Shown here piece after piece: positions 24,552 through 37,649 of a stretch of 64,000 nucleotides of DNA. Location of the stretch: positions 21,204,001-21,268,000 of the forward strand of contig OZ038379.1 in NCBI GenBank assembly GCA_964036045.1. The letters run 5' to 3'. The notes under the pieces were generated by a model, which did not search any database, was not told the DNA's origin, and saw nothing but the letters and a program-made list of their open reading frames with translations. The DNA is from Eutreptiella sp. 'Long Island Sound 2002' (taxonomy: Eukaryota; Protista; Euglenida). The translations under genes and the position numbers were made by a program. Every line of letters begins with the position of its first letter. Position 1 is the first letter of the stretch.

Positions 24552-27500
24552 AGGGAGTTGCTGATGGGTCAGACAGGCTGGTCATCAAGGGCAAATGCCC
24601 CTCCCCCCCCTTCATTTTGCCTCTCTTCAAAAAGCAAAATCCTTGGAAAGGCTACACCATGGGCTGCGCGCCACCGATGGGCAACACTGGTGATCCGGAG
24701 CTCCCTGGCCCTTTGCTACATCGGTGATGGTCCCACATCGGTGATGGTGTGCACGCTGCAAACGTTACGGTCATGGGAATAGCTGAATGTGAACTTCGGG
24801 CAGAAGCCGCAACTGTCCCACTCACACCCACCAAAAAAAAAGCGTTTCCCCAGTGGCTTGGGGTGCACACAGATGTAGACAAGTTATACATGAAAAGTCA
24901 AACCAGTGCGTACACCGAAGCACCAATTGGCTCACTTACCGTGCGAATCCTAATTATTTGCGGAAATAATTAATCCCCGCCACAAGGTGACGTTTTACCG
25001 TAAAAAAATGAAACGCGAAAAAATTAATTTTCAGCTGCATGCCCTCCACAACAATGACATCCGCCAAAAAAATCGCAAAAAATTCGTTTTTGTCCCTACC
25101 CCCCCCTTCTGACTTGACCACACTTGTACTGCATGGCGCATCCTTTTTCTTTGTTGTAGGGGGAAATTATCTTATTTTTGGATTTTTTCAGTTTTGCAGA
25201 GCTGTTTTTAGTTGACTGAGTCCAAAGTTTTTTTATTTTCGCAATTTTTTTTTTGCGTTTGGCCTCCTTTTTGAGGGGGATTACGGTCCATTCATTTTGG
25301 TCCCACTGAAAAGGACCTTGGACTCTGAGATTGCAGTCCATTCCTCCACAGGCATACAAATGTGGATCAGCTGGACCCTAGCATTGCAGTCCATAGCACA
25401 GACATCATCCTGTTGTGTGGAATTGATGGGCAGCACAGTTCCCAACATTCCAACCTTCCTACAGATCCTCATCAAAGGAACCACAAATGGCTTTTGGCTA
25501 AGCCATGGCTTGACAGGCCCCACGTTACTCTCGGAGAGTGGGTGGACTTGAAAAGTGAAAAAAAAAAGTGAAGTGCTGTGGCATTCAAAACACCCACCGC
25601 AAAAGTCAGGATTCCACAAAACATTAGGATTCACACGGGACTTGGCCTTTATGGCGAACCCCCTTCCCCCCTCATGCAACGAGACCGCGTAGTTCATGCG
25701 CTTGACTCCTGAACCAGAGGTCCCAAGTACAAGTCCTAGGTTGGATGGTAAGTAGGACCACAGGGCTGTCCCGTGCGCTAAGGTGTCGGTGACCGAACGA
25801 GCTGGAAGGGACACTACAAGGGATGACGGATGATTTCACAAAGGCCTCTTGAGATCGCATGGGCAAGGGCTCCAGGATGTGGTTGGGCTTGGACAAGGGG
25901 TGGAGACCTCTGACCTGTTTTGCATTGGGTGAAGGACAGGTTGGGCAGGGGGGGGGGGGGGGGCTCGTCTAATCCGTGGGAAGCTTATGGTATGTTCAAA
26001 AGAGTGCTGTGTCTAAGGCGCGGGGGGGGGGGGCTGATTGAGGGAGCTGTATTTCTGCATTGGGCACTGCACCGCACCCTCTCCCTGGCATGCCAACCGC
26101 CTGTCGGGGAAAAGCTCCTTCTGGTGGATATCCGGCTCCTCCACCATTTGAGAATCCCCCAAAACAAAGGCAGACTCCAACACAGGCTCTGGGGTGGACA
26201 AGACATACTCCTATTTAGGTCAGTCAGTGGCTCTGTCGAGGGATCAGACAGCCTTTGCCCCCCCCCCCCCCCACAGCACTTGGGCTCCAGGGTCCCCTGA
26301 CCCTCAACGCGAACACAGAGCTGCCGGGTGCCGCCTGACCTGTGGAACTGGAGCCCACTAGCGATACCACAGGCAACCCCCTGGCACTGCCTCGAACTGC
26401 AGCGCAGCGCTGTGCATTTGTATTACGACGCAAGCTCCTGTGCTCCAGTGCACAGGGCTCTGTGCGAGGCAGCGTGGCAGCCCTTTTGAGCCCCGTGTGC
26501 CTTAGCACAGGGGCTTGCAGGTGCAATGCCGCTCTGTGCACTAGCACGCAGGTGCCAGCAGCCCCAATGCAGCTTGTGTGCCCTGTACTACAACTTTCCA
26601 CTTCCACCCCTACCCACTTCCGCTCCCCAGCTGAACAAGATCAACACTCAAAACATGGCACTGGACGCCGGTTGTGTTTCCGCGCCAGCCTGCATGGGAT
26701 CCCCCACCGACCCTGAGCCCGACCACAGCGGCTGAGGACTGCCCAGTCCAGGCACATGGCGGTGGGGGTGATGGAGCACGGGACCAAACACACTGCATGG
26801 TCCTCGGCGCTCTTGCATGATTAACCCTTATAATCCTCACATCCCTCACAGCCCTGATGATCCTCTTAACTCTCATAGTCCCCATAACCCTCATAGCACT
26901 CACAGCCCTCATAACCTCAAAGCACTCTGAGGGTTGCACAAGCCACGATTGGGGGCAAAGCAGATCTGCGGTGGTTTGCTGCAGCTCCACTGCAACGCCC
27001 CAACGCTTAATGCAATCCATATGCCTGTGTGCGCGCAGTGGTGCTGTTTCAGCCGCCCTCTGCGTACAGCAGTCAATGCTGAGCCTCATTGGGCATGCAC
27101 GTATGCTACCTCACTCTGCCTCCATGAGGCGAGCTCGTATCTCGCCCTGTTTCTGCAGGTGCGGGCAGCAACGGCCAACCTTGGGGCACTTTCAACGCCG
27201 GGTGACTGGACAATCAATCCTTGTTGATTGCTGATTATGTTTTTGAACCCCCAGACCCCTTCGAATTTCTCCATGGGCTTAATGCTGCAAAGGTGAGCCG
27301 TAGAACAGCTATTCCACTCTCACCCACACAAATGCACCACCCAAACTTCGCATTCAGTAACCGAAAACCCTTGTCCTGGTACAATTGCACGGCATTTGCG
27401 GTGGATGGCAACCTCCAAAATTCACGGTCCAGGAGTGACTGCATTGGAGCCTGTCAGCGCTGGCATGGGAGTGGCCGCACGCCACGGGGGCAGAAGTTAG

Positions 27501-29225
27501 CAGACCTTCTCAAACTTAACCCCCCCGCCCCTCCCCGTCCTGCCCGCCCCCCCACACACACTGCCCCCCAGAACTGACCTCCACCAACAAAACCAGGCCA
27601 CACAAAACACATGGCACTGGACACCGGGTGTGCCACACGGTACCCCACCAGCCGTTGTGGCACACCCCTCTTTTTGTCCTGCTATTGTGTGTGGGCGGAT
27701 TTGTCAACTCTTGTCCCGTCCACATCCCATTTCTTTTCACTTTTGTTTTGTTGAGACTGGTTGAGCTGTTGAATGGCACCATCCAAAAACCACGAAGTAT
27801 TTTTAATGATGCATTATAGCTCATACTGCATGAAAAAAACAACATTTCCAATGAAAAGGAAAAAAATTGGATTTTTTTTTTAAAAGAAAGTACTGTTTTG
27901 GGTACCTGGGTACCACTGAGTGTATCGACACCTCTTTAGCTCTGGCTTGTCACACTTTTTGCGGTTTTGTACACGCTTCTAGAAACGACTAGGGAATGCA
28001 CTGCTTCTCAAGATGGCTGCAACAGCAGAGAATCTCTCTAGTTCAGCGATGGTCGACCCTTCCACCAGTGAAGAAACCCTGTCATGCCCGCAAAAGCCTC
28101 AAGTTTCCATGCAACCAGAAGAAACCCTCCATTGTCCTCAACAGTCGTCCAGCCAGTGAAGCACCTCTACAACGCTTGACAAATCTTTTACAACCCTCCA
28201 CAACCCTTCGCAAGCCTCAATTCATTTTCCTAAAGGTTGTTTCTTAAAACAGTTTGTGGTTTTTACTTACCCTCCCCTTTGTTTTTAGTTTTTTCTCAGA
28301 TTTTTTCCATCACACTTCAAACAAGAGCTAATAGGGTGCGGTATTGGGGGTACAAAAAACGCCGTTGTTTTGTTTATCATGTCAGTTCAGTTGGTTGGTA
28401 GACTAAACCCTTGTTGCCTGAGGTGTCTAGAAGAGGCCACGGCTTGCCAAGGCACATGGAACCAAATACATGCGGTCTCTATGGTGCCTACTGTGGTAAA
28501 GACACACAGAAGAGGTCGGGTATTTCAGTTGTTTGGGCCTTCTTCACCCTCAAGTCACCTCTCTGGCCCCCAACAGGGGTCAGCTTGGAGTATTAAACTG
28601 GTGCTTACCACTTCAAATGCGCGTTTATCAGTTACAGCCACTGTACACTCATGCTGGGATTTATCCGGTGTGCGTGCTGTATAAGCAACGTGTTTTCACA
28701 TCTTTCAGCCATCTTGTGGCAACCTGTCTAGCCCGGCAAGCCCCAGTGACACACCAGTGCAGGATCCACCCAGCTCTTTGTCAGAGTGACCGGGATGAAA
28801 GCAGCAGAAGCAGGGACTGTCCCCCATGGCCAAGAAGGAAAAAACACGACTTTATGAGACAGATGACCAAAAATGGTGCACAATGGTCTGCATGTCTGAT
28901 GATGATGCATGATCATGATCATGACCCATGATGGGGGGATCCAGGTCCAAACCCGCATCACAGGTTCAGATGCTGCCCAGAAGCACTGACACCATTTTGA
29001 CTCATCATTCAGTCAGAATATCGATTGGTCACCTCAACTGATCACAACTATACACTTGGAATCGAAATCCAAATTTTGGTGATGATGGCCATCATGAACA
29101 TGAAGGGCCGTCATCACATGATGCATAATGCATGACACATGAAACATGAAATGACTCATGATTCCGATCATCCATCATCCATCTTGCGGCGCACAGAAAT
29201 CTGATCTCCTGCCGAGCCTTTGGCT

Positions 29226-29585
29226 GTAGATGTTAAGTCATGTACATGGGATGTGGGATGTGGGATATGGCATGTGGGATGTATGTAAACACACCATTCA
29301 TGAGCTACAAACTCGAAACCAACCATTGTCAACAGACATCCCACACCATCTACATGAATTAACGTCTACATCCCACATCTCAGTCCCAAAACCTCCACAT
29401 TCCACATCTCACATCCCAAAACGTCTACATCCCATGTCCTAGAAAGTCTACATCCCACATCCCAGGTCCCAGAACCTCTGCATCCCACATTTCACACCCC
29501 ACACTATGCACCCCTAAACTTCTACATCCCATAGCCCACATCCCACATCGTCCCACATACCATACTGCAGAACGTTTGCATCCCA
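29226..29585. repeat. Fold-back repeat with catcccacat subterminal motifs
   Basis: 29226-29265 gtagatgttaagtcatgtacatgg is inverted relative to 29336-29370 (20/24 identical), followed by many catcccacat units. Confidence 0.6.
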
Positions 29586-30859
29586 CTGCTAACATCATAA
29601 AACACTAGTCGCACAATGGAAGAACAAATGATTCCAAAAAAATGAAAAAAACATTGCCTCCTTGGTACCCCAAGACGTGTTTCCACCAAAACCAACCATA
29701 AAAAAACCAAAAAACACAAGAAAAACACCGGAAAACACAGACCCATGGGTGCGAGGGGGCATAAACGGTAAAACTGAACCGTATTTTCTGTGCGTAGCAC
29801 ACCACTGTTATTTCCTCAGCATTCCAGTTTGTCGTGTGCTCCGGTAGCACACTGGGATGCCTTCGGGCGTGGCAGTTTCCACTGCATTTTTGGTATCAGA
29901 TGGAGCTTATCCTCCCTGCGTGTGATGTCCGCTGCCGCACCATCTTGTGGGACAATCATAGCACTGCACAGCTCTGATCCTTGATTCTGAGAGATTTCTC
30001 CAGTGCCTTCTGATGAGCAAGCTCCGGCAGCTTATCATGGCTTGACCCAAAAAAGAAAAACAGTAAAACTGAACCATAAGCCCACCGCCTGCTCCATGAA
30101 ATGGTGCATTTGCACACATGATGGGCCGGACTGTGGCACGGAGCAGAGCATGCCCCAGCGGTGTATCTAGAGATCACACATTGATACCTGTGAACAGCAT
30201 AGTGTCCATGCCAATTGTTGCGGGTTGGACAGACGCACATGGTTTCCCCTGTTGCCCTGTGTTTGGTCGCTTGTGCACCCACAGGGGGGATTCAAGAGCA
30301 CAGCAAAATTTCCATTTTTTCCGTCTCGGAGCGCAAACAACAGCTATCGTGCTGAGCAATGCACCGTTAGCAACGTTGAGCATGGAGTCGAATGTGCTGA
30401 GCACAAGCTGCTGCAGGAGGGAGTCAAATGTGAGACCTCTGTGGTGCAGGGTCCCAGGCCTGTGGCATAGGACTATTGCACCACAAAGCCTGCAAGCTCC
30501 GAAAGGCATCTGGTGCCCCATGAGAGCATTATTGGAATACCCTAACCCACGCACAGCAGGAATGTGTCACCCCAGGTGATTTTCATGCTTCAACCCCCCT
30601 CTCCAATGTACCAAGAGGGGGACACTCTAACATGCAAGGCGAGTCGTAATACAACCCCCAAGAAGTGGGGTGGGTGTTTGGGGGAAAAAATTGGATTGGT
30701 AGGGACCATTACTTCCTTTGGAACCAATTGGTTCCAAAGGCATGAGAAGGAAACTTTTGTCAAAGGTGGCCTACCACAAAAATGTTCATGGCGGCGGATT
30801 GCGCGTTGTGCGCGCGGTGTGCACAAAGTTTGCACAAGAACATACCCAAGTTGGATAAT

Positions 30860-31250
30860 ACTTCTTATTAGCCCTAGCTATGTTGTTGTGCGTGCCATCG
30901 AAAAAGGTTACCCCGGTTTGGTAATGATGATCATTGAGCACTTTGAGCAACTGAAACCGATGCATACCCTCTCCTTACTATAGGCAAGAACCAGCTATGG
31001 TCTATTTTGGATTTGAAGGATGTGTTCTGTCAGATTACTTTGGCCAAGGATACTCCATCGTACGTAGCCAAATTGACTCCTATAGGAATCTTGCGTCCCC
31101 GATGTATGCCGCAAGGCCTGAAAACAGCCCTATACCACCAGCTATGGTCACCACTTATTGAATTAGGGGATGGGTGTGACCCGTATATCAATGACATTAT
31201 CTTTGGTACACAAAAGAAAGATGGTACGAGTGACCAGGACCTCGTCATTG
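30860..31250 (+). pseudogene. Ty3/gypsy-type reverse transcriptase fragment
   Basis: ATETDAYPLL..GKNQLWSILDLKDVFCQITL..TPIG..CMPQGLKTA..YINDIIFG; RT motifs with YIDD degraded to YIND, plus upstream stops and deletions. Confidence 0.85.
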
Positions 31251-31620
31251 TGGGCGTGTAGTTTTGGCTAGATGGGCAAGAATATTGCGAATTACCCTAA
31301 AATCCCCCCAGTTTGCCCTGTAAACTGCGTGCTGTGTGCGTGCTGTGCACACTGTGGCGTGCTGTGCGCACTGTGGCGTGCTGTGCACAAACGCCTCTCA
31401 TGATGCATGCATGTCCACCACATGTTGCTGGAATGACAGAAGGTTTGGGGGCTGTCCCGGTCCGCTTGGCCTTGGAATGGGACAGCCAGGATTTGGAACC
31501 AGTGCCGCGCAGGGACAGACACGCAGGCCTGCAACCCTTCGCCTGTGTGAGGCCCTGTTGCAACCCAACCCAACCCTCCTGACTGCTACCGTCTATTTCT
31601 CAGCATCCTCTCACCCTACG

Positions 31621-32367
31621 ATGCCCTGTACGGTGGCAAGCATCCGAGCCGAGCTCACCCCGGAGCAAAACGCGAAGTACAAAGACTATCGCATCGAGCG
31701 ATGGATCGCCCAGAAGAAAGGCAACCAGGTGGCCGTGTTGCAGGCCATCGGCAGCCAGTCCATCAACGAAGACCGCGCCAAGGCCATCCTGGCGCTCCCA
31801 AAAAGGAGACAAGCCACTGTTGCGGAGCTCGACCGCAAAGTGCTGAGCATCATCCACATCGCACTGCAGCACCAAGTGGTCGTGTACGTGAACACCCGCA
31901 ACCAGGCCGCGGCGTTCGACGAGCAGGAGGCCGGGGACGCGCTGCTGCTGTTCATGTACTATTTGCTGCATCAGATTGAGGAGCTGGAGGGGGAGGGCCA
32001 CGCGGCCCTTTACGTTGTGGACATGATGGAGGCCCCGAGCCCCAAGTTAGGCGACCTGGAGCAGCAGCTGCGCATGTTCAGCGGGATCGTCGGGCGGTCG
32101 TTCCCCGGGGTGTTCCCCGAGATCCTGCTGTGCTGCACCTGGGGCAAGTGGGCGCGGAGTGGGGTCTCGACGCTGGCGCGGGCCGCAGGGCAGAACGCGG
32201 CGTTCATTAGCCCGGCGGAGCTGATGGCGCGACTCGGGCGGGAGTCCACGCCCACTGTCGTTGGCGGCGACTACGATTTGGACGCTGGCGAACCGATCAG
32301 CGCTCTTGTCATGGGCTTTGCGGACGCGGGCAATAACGCCCAGCCGGACCAAGGTATACAGGCGTGA
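31621..32367 (+). CDS. CRAL-TRIO (Sec14-like) lipid-binding protein, intronless, 248 aa
   Basis: ATG 31621, 17 nt after a tatttctcag acceptor; YRIERWIAQKKGN (CRAL-TRIO N), LYVVDM, MF..IVGRSFPGVF..ILL, FISPAEL..LG.ESTPTVVGGDYD; strong GC3. Confidence 0.85.
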   Translation: MPCTVASIRAELTPEQNAKYKDYRIERWIAQKKGNQVAVLQAIGSQSINEDRAKAILALPKRRQATVAELDRKVLSIIHIALQHQVVVYVNTRNQAAAFDEQEAGDALLLFMYYLLHQIEELEGEGHAALYVVDMMEAPSPKLGDLEQQLRMFSGIVGRSFPGVFPEILLCCTWGKWARSGVSTLARAAGQNAAFISPAELMARLGRESTPTVVGGDYDLDAGEPISALVMGFADAGNNAQPDQGIQA

Positions 32368-32379
32368 CTCGCAGGTAAA

Positions 32380-32380
32380 C

Positions 32381-32419
<39 letters not shown>

Positions 32420-32470
32420 CGTCGTTGTTGTTGTTGTTGTCGTTGTTGTTGTTGTCGTCGTTGTTGGTGT
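32380..32470 (+). repeat. Interrupted (TTG/TCG)n microsatellite just 3' of the CRAL-TRIO stop
   Basis: Direct inspection. Confidence 0.95.
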
Positions 32471-32869
32471 TGGTGTCGCCAGCGCCTTGCATGGAGGATC
32501 ATGCCTGAAGCAGATGACTCTTTTTGGCAATGTATTTGTGTTTGGCAGCAAAGGGTGGTCATCTTTGTCCGTACCAATGTTTTGATTCAATACAAAAATC
32601 TTCATTTTGTTCGATGTAAGTCCTCGGGAAGTGGGGGAAGGTCGCAATCCTTATTGAACCAAATAAATGTAATCATGTACTTACTGTGCAATTCTGCATG
32701 AGAGGCATTTGTAATGTCAATGGCAGATACATGACGATAATAGAGACGTCCACGAATCACTGGAGTGTGTAATCTCTTCTTGCGTGCTGGGTCTGTGCCC
32801 TGTCAGGGGGGTCCTTTAGGAGGGTTTTCTTTTCTTTTTTTTTGTTAGGGACCCCCCCCGCCCCTTGTT

Positions 32870-33110
32870 CATTGTGACCCACCAACCGCCATCCGTTGAC
32901 CGCCACCCGCCGTTGGTGAACCGCCAACTGCAGTCGGTTAGCTGCCAACCGTTGTTGGTGAAGCACCAACCGCTGTCTTATGCATCAACCGCCATCCGTT
33001 CCGCGTCTCAATGAACCGCCAACCGCTGTCGATTAATTGCCGTCGGCGGTTGACCGCCAACCGCCGACGTTGAACCGCCGACTGACGTCAACCCGTAGCC
33101 AGTACAGACA
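32870..33110 (+). repeat. aaccgcc/ggcggtt-rich dispersed repeat
   Basis: Iterated caaccgcc..ccgttg motifs; related sequence at ~49170-49320 (opposite strand) and ~54655-54690. Confidence 0.6.
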
Positions 33111-33187
33111 CCACCGATACCAGTGGCAGTTTCCCCCCCCTTTTTTTCTCCTTACGGACACTCCTGTACCTTGTACGTGTCATATGC

Positions 33188-34183
33188 ATGCCCTGCTCCC
33201 GCTTCTACCAAGCTGCTGACCGGGAGGGTGTCGGCAACCCCAGCTGGGCCCGGCTGGCCACCCGAAATTTCCAAATGGAAGCCCCAGCGTGGACTTCCAC
33301 TGGGCCCGTGGGGCAGTACGCGTGCTATGCGGCCCTCGGATGCGCCGTGCTGGCAGTCCTCGTCAGCAAGTACGTCGCGACGCTGATCATCGGTGCCGCA
33401 TCCGCCTACTTGATCATGATCGTGCGCGCCGGCGGTGGATCCCAAGAGCGGGTGCTGGCGTACATTCTGCAGACGAGCTACGACGAGTGCCAGGCTCTGC
33501 TGGCGTCGGTTGACTGCGTCGGCCTGCAGGACCTCGGCACGCGCGACAATGAGAAGTTGCAGACGTCCGCCCTCGCCGTGAGCGCCGGCCTGAGCGCTCA
33601 CGAGAAGCGGCTGCTGAAGCGTTGCCTCCAGACCGTCCTCGACATGTCGACCATGGCGGAGCTGGGGCCGCGCAGCAGAGGCCCCTACGAGCAGTGGGTC
33701 CCGCTGTACCATTTCCTCGCCACAATCACTACCATCCGAGTGCCATGCGGTTGTGGCTGCGGGAAGAGCGGTCCCATGGATTGGCTCGACTCCCACTTCC
33801 AAGACGACCCGCACGCGCGTGCCACCGTGGCGTCCAGGCTCCTGATCGACGGCAATGACAGCATCTCTTTGAACGACGTGAAGCGCCCCCGCTCTGCGTC
33901 ACCCCCGCGCAAAGGGGCCCTGCTGCATCGCCGACGGCGGTCTTCTGATGGCAGACGGCGGTTGTCCGACTGTTTGCACTTTCGTTCCCACACCGATTTA
34001 GAGATCGAGCGATCGGCGTCCTCCGATTCTTCCGAACAACTGCGCAGTTCGCACAGTGCGCCAACCCCGCGATCCTCCGGGTCGGCCGGTTCAGGGACTC
34101 TCGATTCGCCCGCCGTGGATGCGAATGTGGGGCCGCCCGAGTCTCCCCTGAAGCGGGCGTTCCGCGTTTTTCACCGCAAGTAA
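33188..34183 (+). CDS. Hypothetical membrane protein (two adjacent TM helices, basic/Ser-rich C-terminus), intronless; start may be ATG 33275
   Basis: 331-aa ORF with strong GC3 bias; hydrophobic ACYAALGCAVLAVLV and VATLIIGAASAYLIMIV; a pyrimidine-rich AG at 33211-33212 favours ATG 33275. Confidence 0.75.
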   Translation: MPCSRFYQAADREGVGNPSWARLATRNFQMEAPAWTSTGPVGQYACYAALGCAVLAVLVSKYVATLIIGAASAYLIMIVRAGGGSQERVLAYILQTSYDECQALLASVDCVGLQDLGTRDNEKLQTSALAVSAGLSAHEKRLLKRCLQTVLDMSTMAELGPRSRGPYEQWVPLYHFLATITTIRVPCGCGCGKSGPMDWLDSHFQDDPHARATVASRLLIDGNDSISLNDVKRPRSASPPRKGALLHRRRRSSDGRRRLSDCLHFRSHTDLEIERSASSDSSEQLRSSHSAPTPRSSGSAGSGTLDSPAVDANVGPPESPLKRAFRVFHRK

Positions 34184-36597
34184 GCACCGTAGTTCAGCGT
34201 AGGTGCCCGGTCTGCTCCTATGCCCGAAGCAGCCGTCGTGGTTGTGGGTGAGGGTTTGTTGGGACCGCATGCCTCCCTGCCAAAAGCTAGCATCCTGTCT
34301 GGCGGCGCGACTGTCATACCGCAGGAGCGTCCGTATGCAGTGCGGCTCAGGATACGCACCGAAATTCTCAGGATCTTGTCAAAATGGGTGCCAAGCTGCG
34401 AAGATTTCTTGCCGCGCACCCACTGCATTCGGCTCTACATTGCGTGTGTCTTGTATGACGGTGTGACTGCAGTATGGGAAGGGCAGAAGCGTGGCTGCAA
34501 AGGGGTACATCTGACGGGAGCAGCGGGAGTTCGTGTTGACGTACCTACTGGTATGACTGCTGCTGAGGGTAACCTGGCTATCCGTATCAATATGCTCAGC
34601 TCTCGAGTAGAGCACCGTGGGCGTGCCAGTAGACAGAGGTGCGTTGGTCCGCAGTTCGTGGTCGCATGGCATGAGCTGGCCTCATTGTACAGTATGGCAA
34701 GAGATTCTCGGAGATTCGTGCAACAAATCTGTGTGTTGGCACCCGCCCGGCCGGTTCAAGCCCAGATCGAGACACCCATTGCGTGCATATACTGCCCTTC
34801 CACCCACCTTCATACCCATGGGGCCTCCATTCAAACACCGGCATTGCTATTTGCTTTCACAGTGCATGAGAGGAGGCGAGAGCACACCGCGCATGCTCAC
34901 GTCAATGTCCAGACCACAAGATGTACCAGCACATACGACACCATACGACGAAACAAATTACTGCCAAATGCAAGCCTCAGGTCCTCAATTTTGGGGAATC
35001 CACCATTTTTGAGAGCTTCTATTCTTGAAAGGTCCGTGTGGGCTTTGCGTTCAACACACATGCAGTGTTGCGTAGAGCGGGACTGCAAGCGACAGTTTTG
35101 TATAAAGCTTGACTGCAGCAAGGCAAAGGATTGGGTAGATCGTGGGTGTGCTATTTTAATGCTCTTGCCCTCTCCTTTCTTCTTGCTCCCAGCCTCTGCA
35201 AATGGTGGCTCGTGCTGTGGGAGTGGACCACCCTGTCACCCAGGTGGCCCGTTGGTTGCCCATTGCTCTATTGCGCTGTGTACCACCTGGTGGTGGGAGA
35301 AAGTTACAGCTTGACAGCCCCCAGCACGCACTGGTGCACCGATTGTGGCAATGCCTGTCAGACTTCTGATGGATGCGTGCGTAACACCCTGTGTTCCATT
35401 GCAGGATGTCCAGAACCACACACCACTGTTAGAACTCTGCTTCTCCCATATTGCACCATCCCCTGCTCAGCACCCCTGCAGATCTTCGCTGTGGTGATGT
35501 GGTTCCAGATGTAAAGAGGTGTCGACATGGTTGTGTACAACTGTTGCAAGGGGCGGCTACTGAAACAATTTGAATGCCTGTTTTTGAAGTCCTTCTGTTG
35601 TGCCATTCACTGCCGTTCATTTCTGGTTCATTGTTGTTATTTCCGTCTGCAGCCCTGTCAGGATGTTGCAAAATTGGGATGAAAACAGTTCTGCAACATG
35701 GATCGGGCCTCAGTTTGCAGTGCAATTTGCCATAGTAATGTTGAATGTTTCAACTGTGCACGTGCCATTGCTGACATTTGAAGGAAAATTGCTTCCAAAA
35801 GCTATTTCTGTCACCTATAATATGCATTAACCTAAATAGAGCAACCCTCCTCATGCAACTGAATTCTATCAGCATCCTCCTCACGTAAAGCATCCAGGAT
35901 TTCTCAGGGATACAAAATCCGAAACCATCGATTTACCAGCCACTATGCGACAGGTGCAATGCTGCATTTAGTTTTGTAGGTTGGTCATGGTGGTGGTGGT
36001 GGCCTTTTCCACAATGTAGCCGAGTTTTAATCTCGGGCAATCTGGAGTACCATGATGCTGGAGCTCACTGCAGATGGCAGTTGCCAATACCTGCCACACC
36101 CTACGCTGCCCTACCCAGTCTCTCATTGGTACCCAAAGTGCCTGGCACTGCAATGCACAACCAGACAGCCATGCTGCGAGGGAATCGCAGCAGATTCACA
36201 TGCCCATGGGAGGTCCGTGAAAATTCTCTGTTTGCTTCATGAAGGATGGCTGTACACCATCCGAGCTAACCAGGCGAACTAAGCACAAGCTGCAGTGTAG
36301 CCTTGCTTTCAACTCACACAAAATCGGAACATGTGTGATGCTTGGTGTCGCTTTAAGGCAGACCCTGACAAGTGGCAAAAAGAGATGAAGTGCATGTTGC
36401 ATGTTCTAAAGCATTACATCCAGATGGTACAAGACAGCATCGGGTTCCAACAAAGAGTGCCCTTGGAACTGCATCCCCCCAGTCTTTGGTGCATACAGGG
36501 TGAGTTACACATCTGCACCGAAGGGATGAATAGGAGAAACTGTGCATGATATTTGTAATATTCTCCTCCCTGAAAATAATCACAACCCAAATCTAAC

Positions 36598-36795
36598 TTA
36601 AGCAATTGCTTAACGTTAACGTTAAGCTATTAGCCTTTGTTTTTCCTCAATAGATACAGCTAAGTGTTGGAACTGACAGACTCAGGTGGGACGGGACACC
36701 ACCAAGGGTGGGCAGTCGGACACCGCGATGCCCCAAGCTACTTGCCTCTCCACAGTTGATGTTCCGTTTCGAGCCGCCATTCAGCTATCAATACT
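36598..36795. repeat. Dispersed repeat copy 1, capped by overlapping perfect palindromes
   Basis: 36640-36795 aligns at roughly 70-75% by eye with 43330-43490; palindromes TTAAGCAATTGCTTAA (36598-36613) and GCTTAACGTTAACGTTAAGC (36608-36627). Confidence 0.75.
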
Positions 36796-37649
36796 TCTAC
36801 TTGTCTTGTGTGCCGCTTGCGTTCTTGGTACATTATGCCAAACACTAGGCGTAGAAACATCGCATTTGCCATGGGCATGGACATGCCCTTCGTCGACAAT
36901 GCGGCGTATCGGCGGTGGTAGCAATGGAGAGCTGGCCCTTCTGCAACCGCAGTGGCCTTTTTGGTGCCCGAGGAACGTGGTGCTCTTGCTACAGGCCACT
37001 ATGCGCGACTCTTGCATGAAGCATTGGATATGGCTGGAGTCGATCTCTTTGCCAAGTGGGCGGCACCCATGTGGAGACTCATGAGGCACTATTGCTCCTC
37101 GTGCTCTTCGACAGGGCCACGGGGATAATCTTGGACGTCACGACTGGGGAGTGGACTACAGTGGCCCTATCACCGGTGACCGTTGAGCCTTCAATGACGC
37201 CGAATTTATTGCTAAGACCGATCTTCAGCGCCAAATTGATGAGTGCGAGCGTGGGCTCGCAAAATTGCGCGGCCCACGTGTGCTCTAGTTAACCCATGAG
37301 GCATTGACCCTCTTGGGAGGGCAAGCTCCCATGGGTTTGGTAGAGGGGCGCCGTTTTGGCGCTTCTAAGATTCGTCAAAATAGGCACAGCCAAGGTGGCC
37401 AAGGCGGCCCTGTTGGGTGGACATTGGCAGAAGATATTTGGAGGCTTTTATATTGCTGTGCCAACTCCTCTGCCCAGTCTATGCCGGCTCGCACACAAAC
37501 TGCCAAGGGCGTTGTGGTGCCTTCACGCCCCCCCCCCCCCCCCCACGGGAGTATGTTTCCGTTGTGGCCTCTTTGGTCACTAGGCGCGGGACTGTGTGTC
37601 TGCGGTGCCCTAGTTTGGACCTCAGCAACCCCAGCCGGTCCCCCCATCG

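Noticed and set aside
32047-32647. Poly-Q, poly-T, poly-N and poly-C ORFs
   Set aside because: Translations of the (TTG)n microsatellite.
34220-35314. 364-aa ORF downstream of the 2-TM gene
   Set aside because: Starts at GTG-type context, has no codon bias or recognisable motif, and has no convincing splice sites.
36766-36784. Hammerhead-like CTGA..GAAAC on the minus strand
   Set aside because: The core reads CTGAATG rather than CTGANGA, and the paralogous copy has AAAAC instead of GAAAC.
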